Source: Mobula hypostoma | Lineage: Eukaryota | Reading direction: 5' to 3' | Length of the DNA stretch: 64,000 bases | Assembly: GCF_963921235.1 (NCBI RefSeq) | Contig: NC_086101.1 | Span: 10,480,001 to 10,544,000 of the forward strand | Part shown: piece after piece, positions 12,701 to 27,700 of the stretch | Numbering within the stretch: position 1 is the stretch's first letter | Layout: each line of letters opens with the position of its first letter | The notes under the pieces: generated by a model | Seen by the model: the letters and a program-made list of their open reading frames with translations, nothing else | Database searches by the model: none | Told to the model about the DNA's origin: nothing | Program-made: the position numbers and the translations under genes

Positions 12701-15700
12701 ACACCTCTCCCCCCTCAACTCTCCCCCCACACCTCCCCCTTACCTCTTTCACCACACCTCTCCCCCACACCTCTCCCCCCTCACCTCTCCCCCCACACCT
12801 CTCCCCCCTCACCTCTCCCCCCTCACCTCTCCCCCCACACCTCTCCCCCCACATCTCTCCCCCCACACCTCTCCCTTACCTCTTTCACCACACCTCTCCC
12901 CCACACCTCTCCCCCCACACCTCTCCCCCCTCACCTCTCCCCCCTCACCTCTCCCCCCTCACCTCTCCCCCCACAACTCTCCCCCCTCACCTCTCCCCCC
13001 TCACCTCTCCCCCCTCACCTCTCCCCCCACACCTCTCCCCCCACACCTCTCCCCCCTCAACTCTCCCCCCACACCTCCCCCTTACCTTTTTCACCACACC
13101 TCTCCCCCACACCTCTCCCCCCTCACCTCTCCCCCCTCACCTCTCCCCCCACACCTCTCCCCCCACACCTCTCCCCCCTCACCTCTCCCCCCTCACCTCT
13201 CCCCCCACACCTCTCCCCCCACACCTCTCCCTTACCTCTTTCACCACACCTCTCCCCCACACCTCTCCCCCCACACCTCTCCCCCCTCACCTCTCCCCCC
13301 TCACCTCTCCCCCCACACCTCTCCCCCCTCACCTCTCCCCCCTCACCTCTTTCACCACACCTCTCCCCCCACACCTCTCCCTTACCTCTTTCACCACACC
13401 TCTCCCCCACACCTCTCCCCCCTCACCTCTCCCCCCTCACCTCTCCCCCACACCTCCCTCCTCACCTCTCCCCCTTCACCTCTCCCCCCTCACCTCTCCC
13501 CCTTCACCTCTCCCCCCTTCACCTCTCCCCCCTCACCTCTCCCCCCTCACCTCTCCCCCTCACCTCTCCCCCCACACCTCTCCCCCCTCACCTCTCCCCC
13601 ACACCTCTCCCCCTCAGCTCTCCCCCCACACCTCTCCCCCCTCACCTCTCCCCCCACACCTCCCCCTTCACCTCCCCCTTACCTCTCCCCCCTCACCTCT
13701 CCCCCACACCTCCCCCCTCACCTCTCCCCCTTCACCTCTCCCCCCTCACCTCTCCCCCCACACCTCTCCCCCCTCACCTCCCCCTTACCTCTTTCACCAC
13801 ACCTCTCCCCCTCACCTCTCCCCCCACACCTCTCCCCCCTCACCTCTCCCCCACACCTCTCCCCCTCACCTCTCCCCCCACACCTCTCCCCCTCACCTCT
13901 CCCCCCACACCTCCCCCTTACCTCTCCCCCCACACCTCTCCCCCCTCACCTCTCCCCCCACACCTCTCCCCCCTCACCTCTCCCCCCAAACCTCTCCCCC
14001 CACACCTCTCCCCCCACACCTCCCCCTTACCTCTCCCCCCACACCTCTCCCCCCACACCTCCCCCTTACCTCTTTCACCACACCTCTCCCCCCTCACCTC
14101 TCCCCCCTCACCTCTCCCCCCTCACCTCTCCCCCCTCACCTCTCCCCCCTCACCTCTCCCCCCACACCTCTCCCCCCTCACCTCTCCCCCCACACCTCTC
14201 CCCCCTCACCTCTCCCCCCTCACCTCTCCCCCCACACCTCCCCCCCCACACCTCTCCCCCACACCTCTCCCCCACACCTCTCCCCCCTCACCTCTCCCCC
14301 CACACCTCTCCCCCCACACCTCCCCCTTACCTCTTTCACCACACCTCCCCCACACCTCTCCCCCCTCACCTCTCCCCCCTCACCTCCCCCCCTCACCTCC
14401 CCCCACACCTCTCCCCCCTCACCTCTCCCCCCTCACCTCCCCCCACAACTCTCCCCCCTCACCTCTCCCCCCTCACCTCCCCCCACACCTCTCCCCCCTC
14501 ACCTCTCCCCCTCACCTCTCCACCCTCACCTCCCCCCACACCTCTCCCTCCACACCTCTCCCCCCACACCTCTCCCCCCACACCTCTCCCCCCTCACCTC
14601 TCCCCCCACACCTCTCCCCCCTCACCTCTCCCCCCACACCTCTCCCCCCACACCTCTCCCCCTCACCTCTCCCCCCACACCTCTCCCCCCACACCTCTCC
14701 CCCTCACCTCTCCCCCCACACCTCTCCCCCCACACCTCTCCCCCCACACCTCTCCCCCCACACCTCCCCCCACACCTCTCCCCCCACACCTCTCCCCCCA
14801 CACCTCTCCCCCCACACCTCTCCCCCACACCTCTCCCCCCACAGCTCTCCCCCCACACCTCTCCCCCCACACCTCCCCCTTACCTCTCACCACACCTCTC
14901 CCCCCACACCTCTCCCCCCACACCTCTCCCCCCACACCTCCCCCCCACACCTCCCCCCTACCTCTCCCCCCACACCTCTCCCCCCACACCTCCCCCTTAC
15001 CTCTCCCCCCACACCTCTCCCCCCACACCTCTCCCCCCACACCTCTCCCCCCACACCTCTCCCCCCACACCTCTCCCCCCACACCTCTCCCCCCTCACCT
15101 CTCCCCCCTCACCTCTCCCCCCACACCTCTCCCCCAACTCCTCCCCCCCACACCTCCCCCCCACACCTCTCCCCCACACCTCTCCCCCACACCTCCCCCC
15201 CCACACCTCTCCCCCCACACCTCCACCTTACCTCTTTCACCACACCTCCCCCACACCTCTCCCCCCACACCTCTCCCCCCACACCTCCCCCCCCTCACCT
15301 CTCCCCCCACACCTCTTTCACCACACCTCCCCCACACCTCTCCCCCACACCTCTCCCCCCACACCTCTCCCCCCACACCTCTCCCCCCTCACCTCCCCCT
15401 CACCTCTCCCCCCACACCTCTCCCCCCACACCTCTCCCCCCTCACCTCTCCCCCACACCTCTCCCCCACACCTCTCCCCCCTCACCTCTCCCCCCTCACC
15501 TCTCCCCCCTCACCTCTCCCCCCACACCTCCCCCTCACCTCTCCCCCCTCACCTCTCCCCCCTCACCTCTCCCCCCTCACCTCTCCCCCTCACCTCTCCC
15601 CCCACACCTCCCCCTTACCTCTTTCACCACACCTCTCCCCCACACCTCTCCCCCCACACCTCTCCCCCCACACCTCTCCCCCCACACCTCTCCCCCCTCA

Positions 15701-18700
15701 CCTCTCCCCCCACACCTCTCCCCCCTCACCTCTCCCCCCACACCTCCCCCTTACCTCTTTCACCACACCTCTCCCCCCACACCTCTCCCCCCTCACCTCT
15801 CCCCCCTCACCTCTCCCTCCACACCTCTCCCCCCACACCTGTCCCCCCTCACCTCTCCCCCTCACCTCTCCCCCTCACCTCTCCCCCCACACCTCTCCCC
15901 CCACACCTCCCCCCCACACCTCCCCCTTACCTCTCCCACCACACCTCTCCCCCCACACCTCTCCCCCCACACCTCTCCCCCCCACCTCTCCCCCACACCT
16001 CTCCCCCCACACCTCTCCCCCCACACCTCTCCCCCCTCACCTCTCCCCCCACACCTCTCCCCCCACACCTCCCCCCCACCACCTCCCCCTTACCTCTCCC
16101 CCCACACCTCTCGCCCCACACCTCTCCCCCCACCCTCTCCCCCCACACCTCTCCCCCACACCTCTCCCCCCACACCTCTCCCCCCACACCTCTCCCCCCA
16201 CCTCTCCCCCCACCTCTCCCCCCACACCTCCCCCCACACCTCCCCCCTCTTTCACCTCTCCCCCCACACCTCTCCCCCACACCTCTCCCCCCACACCTCT
16301 CCCCCCACACCTCTCCCCCCACACCTCTCCCCCCTACCTCTCCCCCTCACCTCTCCCCCCACCTCTCCCCCACACCTCTCCCCCCACACCTCTCCCCCCT
16401 ACCTCTCCCCCCTCACCTCTCCCCCACACCTCTCCCCCACACCTCTCCCCCCTCACCTCTCCCCCCACACCTCCCCCTCACCTCTCCCCCCTCACCTCTC
16501 CCCCCTCACCTCTCCCCCCTCACCTCTCCCCCCACACCTCTCCCCCCTCACCTCTCCCCCCACACCTCACCCTTACCTCTTTCACCACACCTCTCCCCCA
16601 CACCTCTCCCCCCACACCTCTCCCCCCACACCTCTCCCCCCACACCTCTCCCCCACACCTCTCCCCCACACCTCTCCCCCCACACCTCTCCCCCCACACC
16701 TCTCCCCCCACACCTCTCCCCCACACCTCTCTCCCCTCACCTCTCCCCCCACACCTCTCCCCCTCACCTCTCCCCCCACACCTCCCCCTTACCTCTTTCA
16801 CCACACCTCTCCCCCCACACCTCTCCCCCCTCACCTCTCCCCCCACACCTCTCCCCCCACACCTCTCCCCCTCACCTCTCCCCCCACACCTCCCCCTTAC
16901 CTATTTCACCACACCTCTCCCCCCACACCTCTCCCCCCACACCTCTCCCCCCACACCTCTCCCCCCACACCTCTCCCCCCACACCTCTCCCCCCACACCT
17001 CTCCCCCCACACCTCTCCCCCCTCACCTCTCCCCCCACACCTCTCCCCCCACACCTCTCCCCCCTCACCTCTCCCCCCACACCTCCCCCTTACCTCTTTC
17101 ACCACACCTCTCCCCCACACCTCTCCCCCCTCACCTCTCCCCCCACACCTCTCCCCCCTCACCTCTCCCCCCTCCCCCCACCCTCTCCCCCCACACCTCT
17201 CCCCCCACACCTCTCCCCCCACACCTCTCCCCCCACACCTCTCCCCCCACACCTCTCCCTTACCTCTTTCACCACACCTCTCCCCCACACCTCTCCCCCC
17301 ACACCTCTGCCCCCTCACCTCTCCCCCCTCACCTCTCCCCCCACACCTCTCCCCCCTCACCTCTCCCCCCTCACCTCTCCCCCCTCACCTCTCCCCCCAC
17401 ACCTCTCCCCCCACACCTCTCCCCCCTCAACTCTCCCCCCACACCTCCCCCTTACCTCTTTCACCACACCTCTCCCCCACACCTCTCCCCCCTCACCTCT
17501 CCCCCCACACCTCTCCCCCCTCACCTCTCCCCCCTCACCTCTCCCCCCACACCTCTCCCCCCACACCTCTCCCCCCACACCTCTCCCCCCACACCTCTCC
17601 CTTACCTCTTTCACCACACCTCTCCCCCACACCTCTCCCCCCACACCTCTCCCCCCTCACCTCTCCCCCCACACCTCTCCCCCCTCACCTCTCCCCCCTC
17701 ACCTCTTTCACCACACCTCTCCCCCCACACCTCTCGCTTACCTCTTTCACCACACCTCTCCCCCACACCTCTCCCCCCTCACCTCTCCCCCCTCTCCTCT
17801 CCCCCACACCTCCCCCCTCACCTCTCCCCCTACACCTCTCCCCCTTCACCTCTCCCCCCTCACCTCTCCCCCCTTCACCTCTCCCCCCTTCACCTCTCCC
17901 CCCTCACCTCTCCCCCTCACCTCTCCCCCCACACCTCTCCCCCCTCACCTCTCCCCCACACCTCTCCCCCTCACCTCTCCCCCCACACCTCTCCCCCCTC
18001 ACCTCTCCCCCCACACCTCCCCCTTACCTCTCCCCCCTCACCTCTCCCCCACACCTCCCCCCTCACCTCTCCCCCTTCACCTCTCCCCCCTCACCTCTCC
18101 CCCCACACCTCTCCCCCCTCACCTCCCCCTTACCTCTTTCACCACACCTCTCCCCCTCACCCTCCCCCCACACCTCTCCCCCCTCACCTCTCCCCCACAC
18201 CTCCCCCTCACCTCTCCCCCCACACCTCTCCCCCCACACCTCTCCCCCCACACCTCTCCCCCCTCACCTCTCCCCCACACCTCTCCCCCCTCACCTCTCC
18301 CCCCTCACCTCTCCCCCCTCACCTCTCCCCCCACACCTCCCCCTCACCTCTCCCCCCTCACCTCTCCCCCCTCACCTCTCCCCCCACACCTCTCCCCCCT
18401 CACCTCTCCCCCCACACCTCACCCTTACCTCTTTCACCACACCTCTCCCCCACACCTCTCCCCCCACACCTCTCCCCCCACACCTCTCCCCCCTCACCTC
18501 TCCCCCCTCACCTCTCCCCCCACACCTCTCCCCCCTCACCTCTCCCCCCACACCTCTCCCCCCTCACCTCTCCCCCTCACCTCTCCCCCTCACCTCTCCC
18601 CCCACACCTCCCCCTCACCTCTCCCCCCACACCTCTCCCCCCTCACCTCTCCCCCCACACCTCTCCCCCCTCACCTCTCCCCCTCACCTCTCCCCCTCAC

Positions 18701-21700
18701 CTCTCCCCCCACACCTCCCCCTTACCTCTTTCACCACACCTCTCCCCCCACACCTCTCCCCCCACACCTCTCCCCCTCACCTCTCCCCCCACACCTCTCC
18801 CCCCACACCTCTCCCCCCTCACATCTCCCCCCACACCTCTCCCCCCACACCTCTCCCCCCCACCTCTCCCCCCTCACCTCTCCCTCCACACCTCTCCCCC
18901 CACACCTGTCCCCCCTCACCTCTCCCCCCTCACCTCTCCCCCCACACCTCTCCCCCCACACCTCCCCCCACACCTCCCCCTCTCCTCCCCCCACACCTCT
19001 CCCCCCACACCTCTCCCCCCACACCTCTCCCCCCACACCTCTCCCCCCACACCTCTCCCCCCACACCTCTCCCCCACACCTCTCCCCCACACCTCTCCCC
19101 CCACACCTCTCCCCCCACACCTCTCCCCCTCACCTCTCCCCCCACACCTCTCCCCCCACACCTCCCCCCCACACCTCCCCCTTACCTCTTTCACCACACC
19201 TCTCCCCCCACACCTCTCCCCCACACCTCTCCCCCCTCACCTCTCCCCCCACACCTCTCCCCCACCTCTCCCCCCACACCTCTCCCCCCACACCTCTCCC
19301 CCCACACCTCTCCCCCTCACCTCTCCCCCCTCACCTCTCCCCCCTCACCTCTCCCCCCACACCTCTCCCCCCACACCTCTCCCCCCCACCCCCCCCACAC
19401 CTCTCCCCCCCCCTCTCCCCCCACCTCTCCCCCACACCTCTCCCCCACACCTCTCCCCCCACCTCTCCCCCCACACCTCCCCCTCACCTCTCCCCCCTCA
19501 CCTCTCCCCCTCACCTCTCCCCCCACACCTCTCCCACCTCACCTCTCCCCCCACACCTCACCGTTACCTCTTTCACCACACCTCTCCCCCACACCTCTCC
19601 CCCCACACCTCTCCCCCCACACCTCTCCCCCACCTCTCCCCCACACCTCTCCCCCACACCTCTCCCCCCACCTCTCCCCCCACACCTCTCCCCCCACCTC
19701 TCCCCCTCACCCTCCCCCCACCTCTCCCCCCACACACCTCTCCCCCCACCCCCCCCCCACCTCTCCCCACACCTCTCCCCCACACCTCTCCCCCCACACC
19801 TCTCTCCCACACCTCCCCCCCCCACCTCTCCCCCCACACCTCCCCCCCCCCTCCCCCTCACCCTCTCCCCCTCACCTCTCCCCCCACACCTCCCCCCCTA
19901 CACCACACCTCTCCCCCACACCTCTCCCCCCACACCTCTCCCCCCTCCCCCTTTCCCCACACCTCTCCCCCCACACCTCTCCCCCCCTCTCCACCTCTCC
20001 CCCCACACCTCTCCCCCCACACCTCTCCCCCTCACCTCTCCCCCCACACCTCCCCCTTACCTTTTCACCACACCTCTCCCCCCACACCTCTCCCCCCACA
20101 CCTCTCCCCCTCACCTCTCCCCCCACACCTCTCCCCCCACACCTCTCCCCCCACACCTCTCCCCCCACACCTCTCCCCCCACCTCTCCCCCCACACCTCT
20201 CCCCCCCACCTCTCCCCCCCACCTCCCCCCACACCTCCCCCCACCCACCTCTCCCCCCACTCTCCCCCACCTCTCCCCCTCACCTCTCCCCCCACACCTC
20301 TCCCCCCCCCACACCTCCCCCCCTCTCCCACACCTCTCCCCCCCACCTCTCCCCCCACACCTCTCCCCCCACACCTCTCCCCCCACCTCTCCCCCCACAC
20401 CTCTCCCCCACACCTCTCCCCCACCCTCTCCCACCTCTCCCACACCTCTCCCCCCACACTCTCCCCCTCACCTCTTTCCCCACACCTCTCCCCCCTACCT
20501 CTCCCCCCTCACCTCTCCCCCCCACCTCTCCCCCACACCTCTCCCCCACCCTCTCCCCCCACACCTCTCCCCCACACCTCTCCCCCCACACCTCTCCCCC
20601 CACACCTCTCCCCCCACACCTCTCCCCCACACCTCTCCCCCCTCACCTCTCCCCCACACCTCTCCCCCCACCCTCCCCACCTCTCCCCCCACCTCTCCCC
20701 CCCACCTCTCCCCCTCACCTCTCCCCCCACACCTCTCCCCCTCACCTCTCCCCCACACCTCTCCCCCTCACCTCTCCCCCCACACCTCTCCCCCCTCACC
20801 TCTCCCCCCACACCTCCCCCTTACCTCTCCCCCTCACCTCTCCCCCACACCTCCCCCCTCACCTCTCCCCCTTCACCTCTCCCCCCTCACCTCTCCCCCC
20901 ACACCTCTCCCCCCTCACCTCCCCCTTACCTCTTTCACCACACCTCTCCCCCTCACCCTCCCCCCACACCTCTCCCCCCTCACCTCTCCCCCACACCTCT
21001 CCCCCTCACCTCTCCCCCCACACCTCTCCCCCCTCACCTCTCCCCCCACACCTCCCCCCTTACCTCTCCCCCCACACCTCTCCCCCCACCTCTCCCCCCA
21101 CACCTCTCCCCCCACACCTCTCCCCCACACCTCTCCCCCCACACCTCTCCCCCCACACCTCTCCCCCCACACCTCTCCCCCCACACCTCTCCCCCCACAC
21201 CTCTCCCCCCACCCTCCCCCTTACCTCTTTCACCACACCTCCCCCACACCTCTCCCCCCACCTCACCCTCTCCCCCCACACCTCTCCCCCCTCACCTCCC
21301 CCCCTCACCTCCCCCCCACCTCACCTCCCCCCCCTCACCTCTCCCCCCACACCTCTCCCCCCACACCTCCCCCTTACCTCTTTCACCACACCTCTCCCCC
21401 TCACCTCCCCCACCTCTCCCCCCACACCCCCCCACCTCTCCCCCCTCACCTCTCCCCCCACACCTCTCCCCCCACACCTCTCCCCCACACCTCCCCCTTA
21501 CCTCTTTCACCACACCTCTCCCCCCACACCTCTCCCCCACCTCTCCCCCCTCACCTCTCCCCCCTCACCTCTCCCCCCACACCTCTCCCCCCACACCTCT
21601 CCCCCCCACCTCTCCCCCACCTCTCCCCCCACACCTCTCCCCCTCCCCTCCCCCACACCTCTCCCCCCACACCTCTCCCCCCACACCTCTCCCCCCACAC

Positions 21701-24700
21701 CTCTCCCCCCTCACCTCTCCCCCCTCACCTCTCCCCCACACGTCTCCCCCACACCTCCCCCCCCTCCCCCACCTCTCCCCCCACCTCTCCCCCACCTCCC
21801 CCTCACCTCTCCCCCCTCACCTCTCCCCCCACACCTCTCCCCCCACCTCTCCCCCCACACCTCACCCTTACCTCTTTCACCACACCTCTCCCCCACACCT
21901 CTCCCCCCACACCTCTCCCCCCACACCTCTCCCCCCACACCTCTCCCCCACACCTCTCCCCCCACACCTCTCCCCCCACACCTCTCCCCCCACACCTCTC
22001 CCCCACACCTCTCTCCCCTCACCTCTCCCCCCACACCTCTCCCCCCTCACCTCTCCCCCCACACCTCCCCCCCCTCCTACCTCTTTCACCACACCTCTCC
22101 CCCCACACCTCTCCCCCCTCACCTCTCCCCCCACACCTCTCCCCCACATCTCTCCCCCTCACCTCTCCCCCCACACCTCCCCCTTACCTATTTCACCACA
22201 CCTCTCCCCCCACACCTCTCCCCCCACACCTCTCCCCCTCCCCCCACCTCTCCCCCCACACCTCTCCCCCCACACCTCTCCCCCCACACCTCCCCCCCAC
22301 ACCTCTCCCCCCTCACCTCTCCCCCCACACCTCTCCCCCCACACCTCTCCCCCCACACCTCTCCCCACTCAACTCTCCCCCCACACCTCCCCCTTACCTC
22401 TTTCACCACACCTCTCCCCCACACCTCTCCCCCCTCACCTCTCCCCCCACACCTCTCCCCCTCACCTCTCCCCCTCACCTCTCCCCCCTCACCTCTCCCC
22501 CCACACCTCTCCCCCCTCAACTCTCCCCCCTCACCTCTCCCCCCTCACCTCTCCCCCCACACCTCTCCCCCCACACCTCTCCCCCCACACCTCTCCCCCC
22601 TCAACTCTCCCCCCACACCTCCCCCTTACCTCTTTCACCACACCTCTCCCCCACACCTCTCCCCCTCACCTCTCCCCCCACACCTCTCCCCCCTCACCTC
22701 TCCCCCCTCACCTCTCCCCCCACCTCTCCCCCCACACCTCTCCCCCCACACCTCTCCCTTACCTCTTTCACCACACCTCTCCCCCACACCTCTCCCCCCA
22801 CACCTCTCCCCCCTCACCTCTCCCCCCACACCTCTCCCCCCTCACCTCTCCCCCTCACCTCTTTCACCACACCTCTCCCCCCACACCTCTCCCTTACCTC
22901 TTTCACCACACCTCTCCCCCACACCTCTCCCCCCTCACCTCTCCCCCCTCTCCTCTCCCCCACACCTCCCCCCTCACCTCTCCCCCTTCACCTCTCCCCC
23001 TTCACCTCTCCCCCCTCACCTCTCCCCCTTCACCTCTCCCCCTTCACCTCTCCCCCCTTCACCTCTCCCCCTCACCTCTCCCCCTCACCTCTCCCCCCAC
23101 ACCTCTCCCCCCTCACCTCTCCCCCACACCTCTCCCCCTCACCTCTCCCCCCACACCTCTCCCCCCTCACCTCTCCCCCCACACCTCCCCCTTACCTCTC
23201 CCCCCTCACCTCTCCCCCACACCTCCCCCCTCACCTCTCCCCTTCACCTCTCCCCCCTCACCTCTCCCCCCACACCTCTCCCCCCTCACCTCCCCCTTAC
23301 CTCTTTCACCACACCTCTCCCCCTCACCCTCCCCCCACACCTCTCCCCCCTCACCTCTCCCCCACACCTCTCCCCCTCACCTCTCCCCCCACACCTCTCC
23401 CCCCTCACCTCTCCCCCCACACCTCCCCCTTACCTCTCCCCCCACACCTCTCCCCCCACACCTCTCCCCCCACACCTCCCCCCCACACCTCTCCCCCACA
23501 CCTCTCCCCCCACACCTCTCCCCCCACACCTCTCCCCCCACACCTCTCCCCCCACACCTCCCCCTTACCTCTTTCACCACACCTCCCCCACACCTCTCCC
23601 CCCACACCTCTCCCCCCTCACCTCTCCCCCCTCACCTCCCCCCCTCACCTCCCCCCCTCACCTCCCCCCCTCACCTCCCCCCCTCACCTCCCCCCACACC
23701 TCTCCCCCCTCACCTCTCCCCCCTCACCTCCCCCCACAACTCTCCCCCCTCACCTCTCCCCCCTCACCTCCCCCCACACCTCTCCCCCTCACCTCTCCCC
23801 CCACCTCCCCCCACACCTCTCCCCCCACACCTCTCCCCCCACACCTCTCCCCCCACACCTCTCCCCCCACACCTCTCCCCCCACACCTCTCCCCCCACAC
23901 CTCTCCCCCCACACCTCTCCCCCTCACCTCTCCCCCCACACCTCTCCCCCCACACCTCTCCCCCCACACCTCTCCCCCCACACCTCTCCCCCCACACCTC
24001 TCCCCCCACACCTCTCCCCCCACACCTCCCCCCCACACCTCTCCCCCCACACCTCTCCCCCCACACCTCTCCCCCACACCTCTCCCCCACACCTCTCCCC
24101 CCACAGCTCTCCCCCCACACCTCTCCCCCCACACCTCCCCCCACACCTCCCCCTTACCTCTCCCCCCACACCTCTCCCCCCACACCTCCCCCTTACCTCT
24201 CCCCCCACACCTCTCCCCCCACACCTCTCCCCCCACACCTCTCCCCCCACACCTCTCCCCCCACACCTCTCCCCCCTCACCTCTCCCCCCACACCTCTCC
24301 CCCCTCACCTCTCCCCCCTCACCTCTCCCCCCACACCTCCCCCCCACACCTCTCCCGCACACCTCCCCCCCACACCTCCCCCTTACCTCTCCCCCCACAC
24401 CTCTCCCCCCACACCTCCCCCTTACCTCTCCCCCCACACCTCTCCCCCCACACCTCTCCCCCCACACCTCTCCCCCCACACCTCTCCCCCCACACCTCTC
24501 CCCCCACACCTCCCCCCCTCACCTCCCCCCTCACCTCTCCCCCCACACCTCTTTCACCACACCTCCCCCACACCTCTCCCCCCACACCTCTCCCCCCACC
24601 CTCTCCCCCCACACCTCTCCCCCCACACCTCTCCCCCCACACCTCTCCCCCCTCACCTCCCCCTCACCTCTCCCCCCACACCTCCCCCTTACCTCTTTCA

Positions 24701-27700
24701 CCACACCTCCCCCACACCTCTCCCCCCACACCTCTCCCCCCACACCTCTCCCCCCACACCTCTCCCCCCTCACCTCTCCCCCCACACCTCTCCCCCCACA
24801 CCTCTCCCCCCACACCTCTCCCCCCACACCTCTCACTCCTCACCTCTCCCCCCACACCTTCCCCTTACCTCTTTCACCACACCTCCCCCCCACACCTCTC
24901 CCCCCTCACCTCTCCCCCCTCACCTCTCCCCCCACACCTCTCCCCCCACACCTCTCCCCCCACACCTCTCCCCCCTCACCTCTCCCCCCTCACCTCTCCC
25001 CCACACCTCCCCCCTCACCTCTCCCCCCACACCTCCCCCACACCTCTCCCCCCACACCTCTCCCCCCACACCTCTCCCCCTCACCTCTCCCCCCACACCT
25101 CTCCCCCCTCACCTCTCCCCCACCTCTCCCCCACACCTCTCCCCCACACCTCTCCCCCCACACCTCTCCCCCCACACCTCTCCCCCCACACCTCCCCCCA
25201 CCTCTCCCCCCCCACACCTCTCCCCCCTCACCTCTCCCCCCTCACCTCCCCCTTACCTCTTTCACCACACCTCCCCCACACCTCTCCCCCCACACCTCTC
25301 CCCCCACACCTCTCCCCCCTCACCTCTCCCCCCACACCTCTCCCCCCACACCTCTCCCCCCACACCTCTCCCCCCTCACCTCTCCCCCCACCTCTCCCCC
25401 CACACCTCTCCCCCCTCACCTCTCCCCCCACACCTCCCCCCCTCACCTCTCCCCCACACCTCCCCCCTCACCTCTCCCCCCTCACCTCTCCCCCCACACC
25501 TCTCCCCCCTCACCTCTCCCCCCTCACCTCTCCCCCCACACCTCTCCCCCCTCACCTCTCCCCCCTCACCTCTCCCCCCACACCTCTCCCCCCTCACCTC
25601 TCCCCCCACACCTCCCCCTTACCTCTTTCACCACACCTCCCCCCCTCACCTCTCCCCCCACACCTCTCCCCTCTCACCTCTCCCCCCACACCTCCCCCTT
25701 ACCTCTTTCACCACACCTCCCCCCCCTCACCTCTCCCCCCTCACCTCTCCCCCCACACCTCTCCCCCCACACCTCTCCCCCCACACCTCTCCCCCCACAC
25801 CTCTCCCCCTCACCTCTCCCCCCTCACCTCTCCCCCCTCACCTCTCCCCCCACACCTCTCCCCCCACACCTCTACCCCCACACCTCTCCCCCCTCACCTC
25901 TCCCCCCTCACCTCTCCCCCCACACCTCCCCCCCACACCTCTCCCCCCACACCTCTCCCCCCACACCTCTCCCCCCACACCTCTCCCCCCTCACCTCCCC
26001 CCCCACACCTCTCCCCCCACACCTCCCCCCCACACCTCTTTCACCACACCTCTCCCCCCTCACCTCTCCCCCCTCACCTCTCCCCCCACACCTCTCCCCC
26101 TCACCTCTCCCCCACACCTCCCCCCCACACCTCTTTCACCACACCTCTCCCCCCTCACCTCTCCCCCCTCACCTCTCCCCCACACCTCCCCCTTACCTCT
26201 TTCACCACACCTCTCCCCCCTCACCTCTCCCCCCTCACCTCTCCCCCCACACCTCTCCCCCCACACCTCTCCCCCCACACCTCTACCCCCACACCTCTCC
26301 CCCCTCACCTCTCCCCCCTCACCTCTCCTCCCACACCTCCCCCCCACACCTCTCCCCCCACACCTCTCCCCCCACACCTCTCCCCCCACACCTCTCCCCC
26401 CTCACCTCCCCCCCCACACCTCTCCCCCCACACCTCCCCCCCACACCTCTTTCACCACACCTCTCCCCCCTCACCTCTCCCCCCTCACCTCTCCCCCCAC
26501 AGCTCTCCCCCCTCACCTCTCCCCCACACCTCCCCCCCACACCTCTTTCACCACACCTCTCCCCCCTCACCTCTCCCCCCTCACATCTCCCCCTCACCTC
26601 CCGCTTACCTCTTTCACCACACCTCTCCCCCCTCACCTCTCCCCCCTCACCTCTCCCCCCACACCTCTCCCCCCTCACCTCTCCCCCTCACCTCTCCCCC
26701 CTCACCTCTCCCCCCTCACCTCTCCCCCCTCACCTCTCCCCCCACACCTCTCCCCCCTCACCTCCCCCCCCACACCTCTCCCCCCACACCTCCCCCCCCA
26801 CACCTCCCCCCCCACACCTCTCCCCCCTCACCTCTCCCCCTCACCTCTCTCACTGTCAGAACTCCACCCCCACACCTCTCTGTACCTTCTTCTGTCTCCT
26901 GCCCTTCTCACACCCCTCTCTCAAGACTCTCCCCCACATCTCCCTCTCCTCCTTCCTCTGCTCTCTCCCTCTCCCACTTTTTACTGCCCCTCCACTCTCC
27001 CTGTCCCCCCAACTCTCTCCACCTCTCTCCCCTGACCTCTCCCCCCACACCTCTTCCCCCCTCACCTCTCCCCCCACACCTCTCCCCCCACACCTCCCCC
27101 TTACCTCTCCCCCCTCACCTCACCTCCCCCTCCCTCTTTCCCCACACCTCTCCCCCCTCACCTCCCCCTCACCTCTTTCCCCACACCTCTCCCCCCACCT
27201 CTCCCCCACACCTCCCCCTCACCTCTTTCCCCACACCTCTCCCCCACACCTCTCCCCCACACCTCCCCCCCTCACCTCTCCCCCCCACCTCTCCCCCCAC
27301 ACCTCTCCCCCCTCACCTCTCCCCCCTCACCTCTCCCCCTCACCTCTCCCCCCACACCTCTCCCCCCACACCTCTCCCCCCACACCTCTCCCCCCACACC
27401 TCTCCCCCCTCACCTCTCCCCCCACACCTCCCCCCTTCACCTCTCCCCCTCACCTCTCCCCCTTCACCTCTCCCCCCACACCTCTCCCCCACACCTCTCC
27501 CCCCTCACCTCTCCCCCCACACCTCTCCCCCCACACCTCCCCCCACACCTCTCCCCCCTCACCTCTCCCCCCTCACCTCTCCCCCCACACCTCTCCCCCC
27601 TCACCTCTCCCCCCACACCTCTCCCCCTCACCTCTCCCCCCTCACCTCTCCCCCCTCACCTCTCCCCCCACACCTCTCCCCCCACACCTCTCCCCCCACA

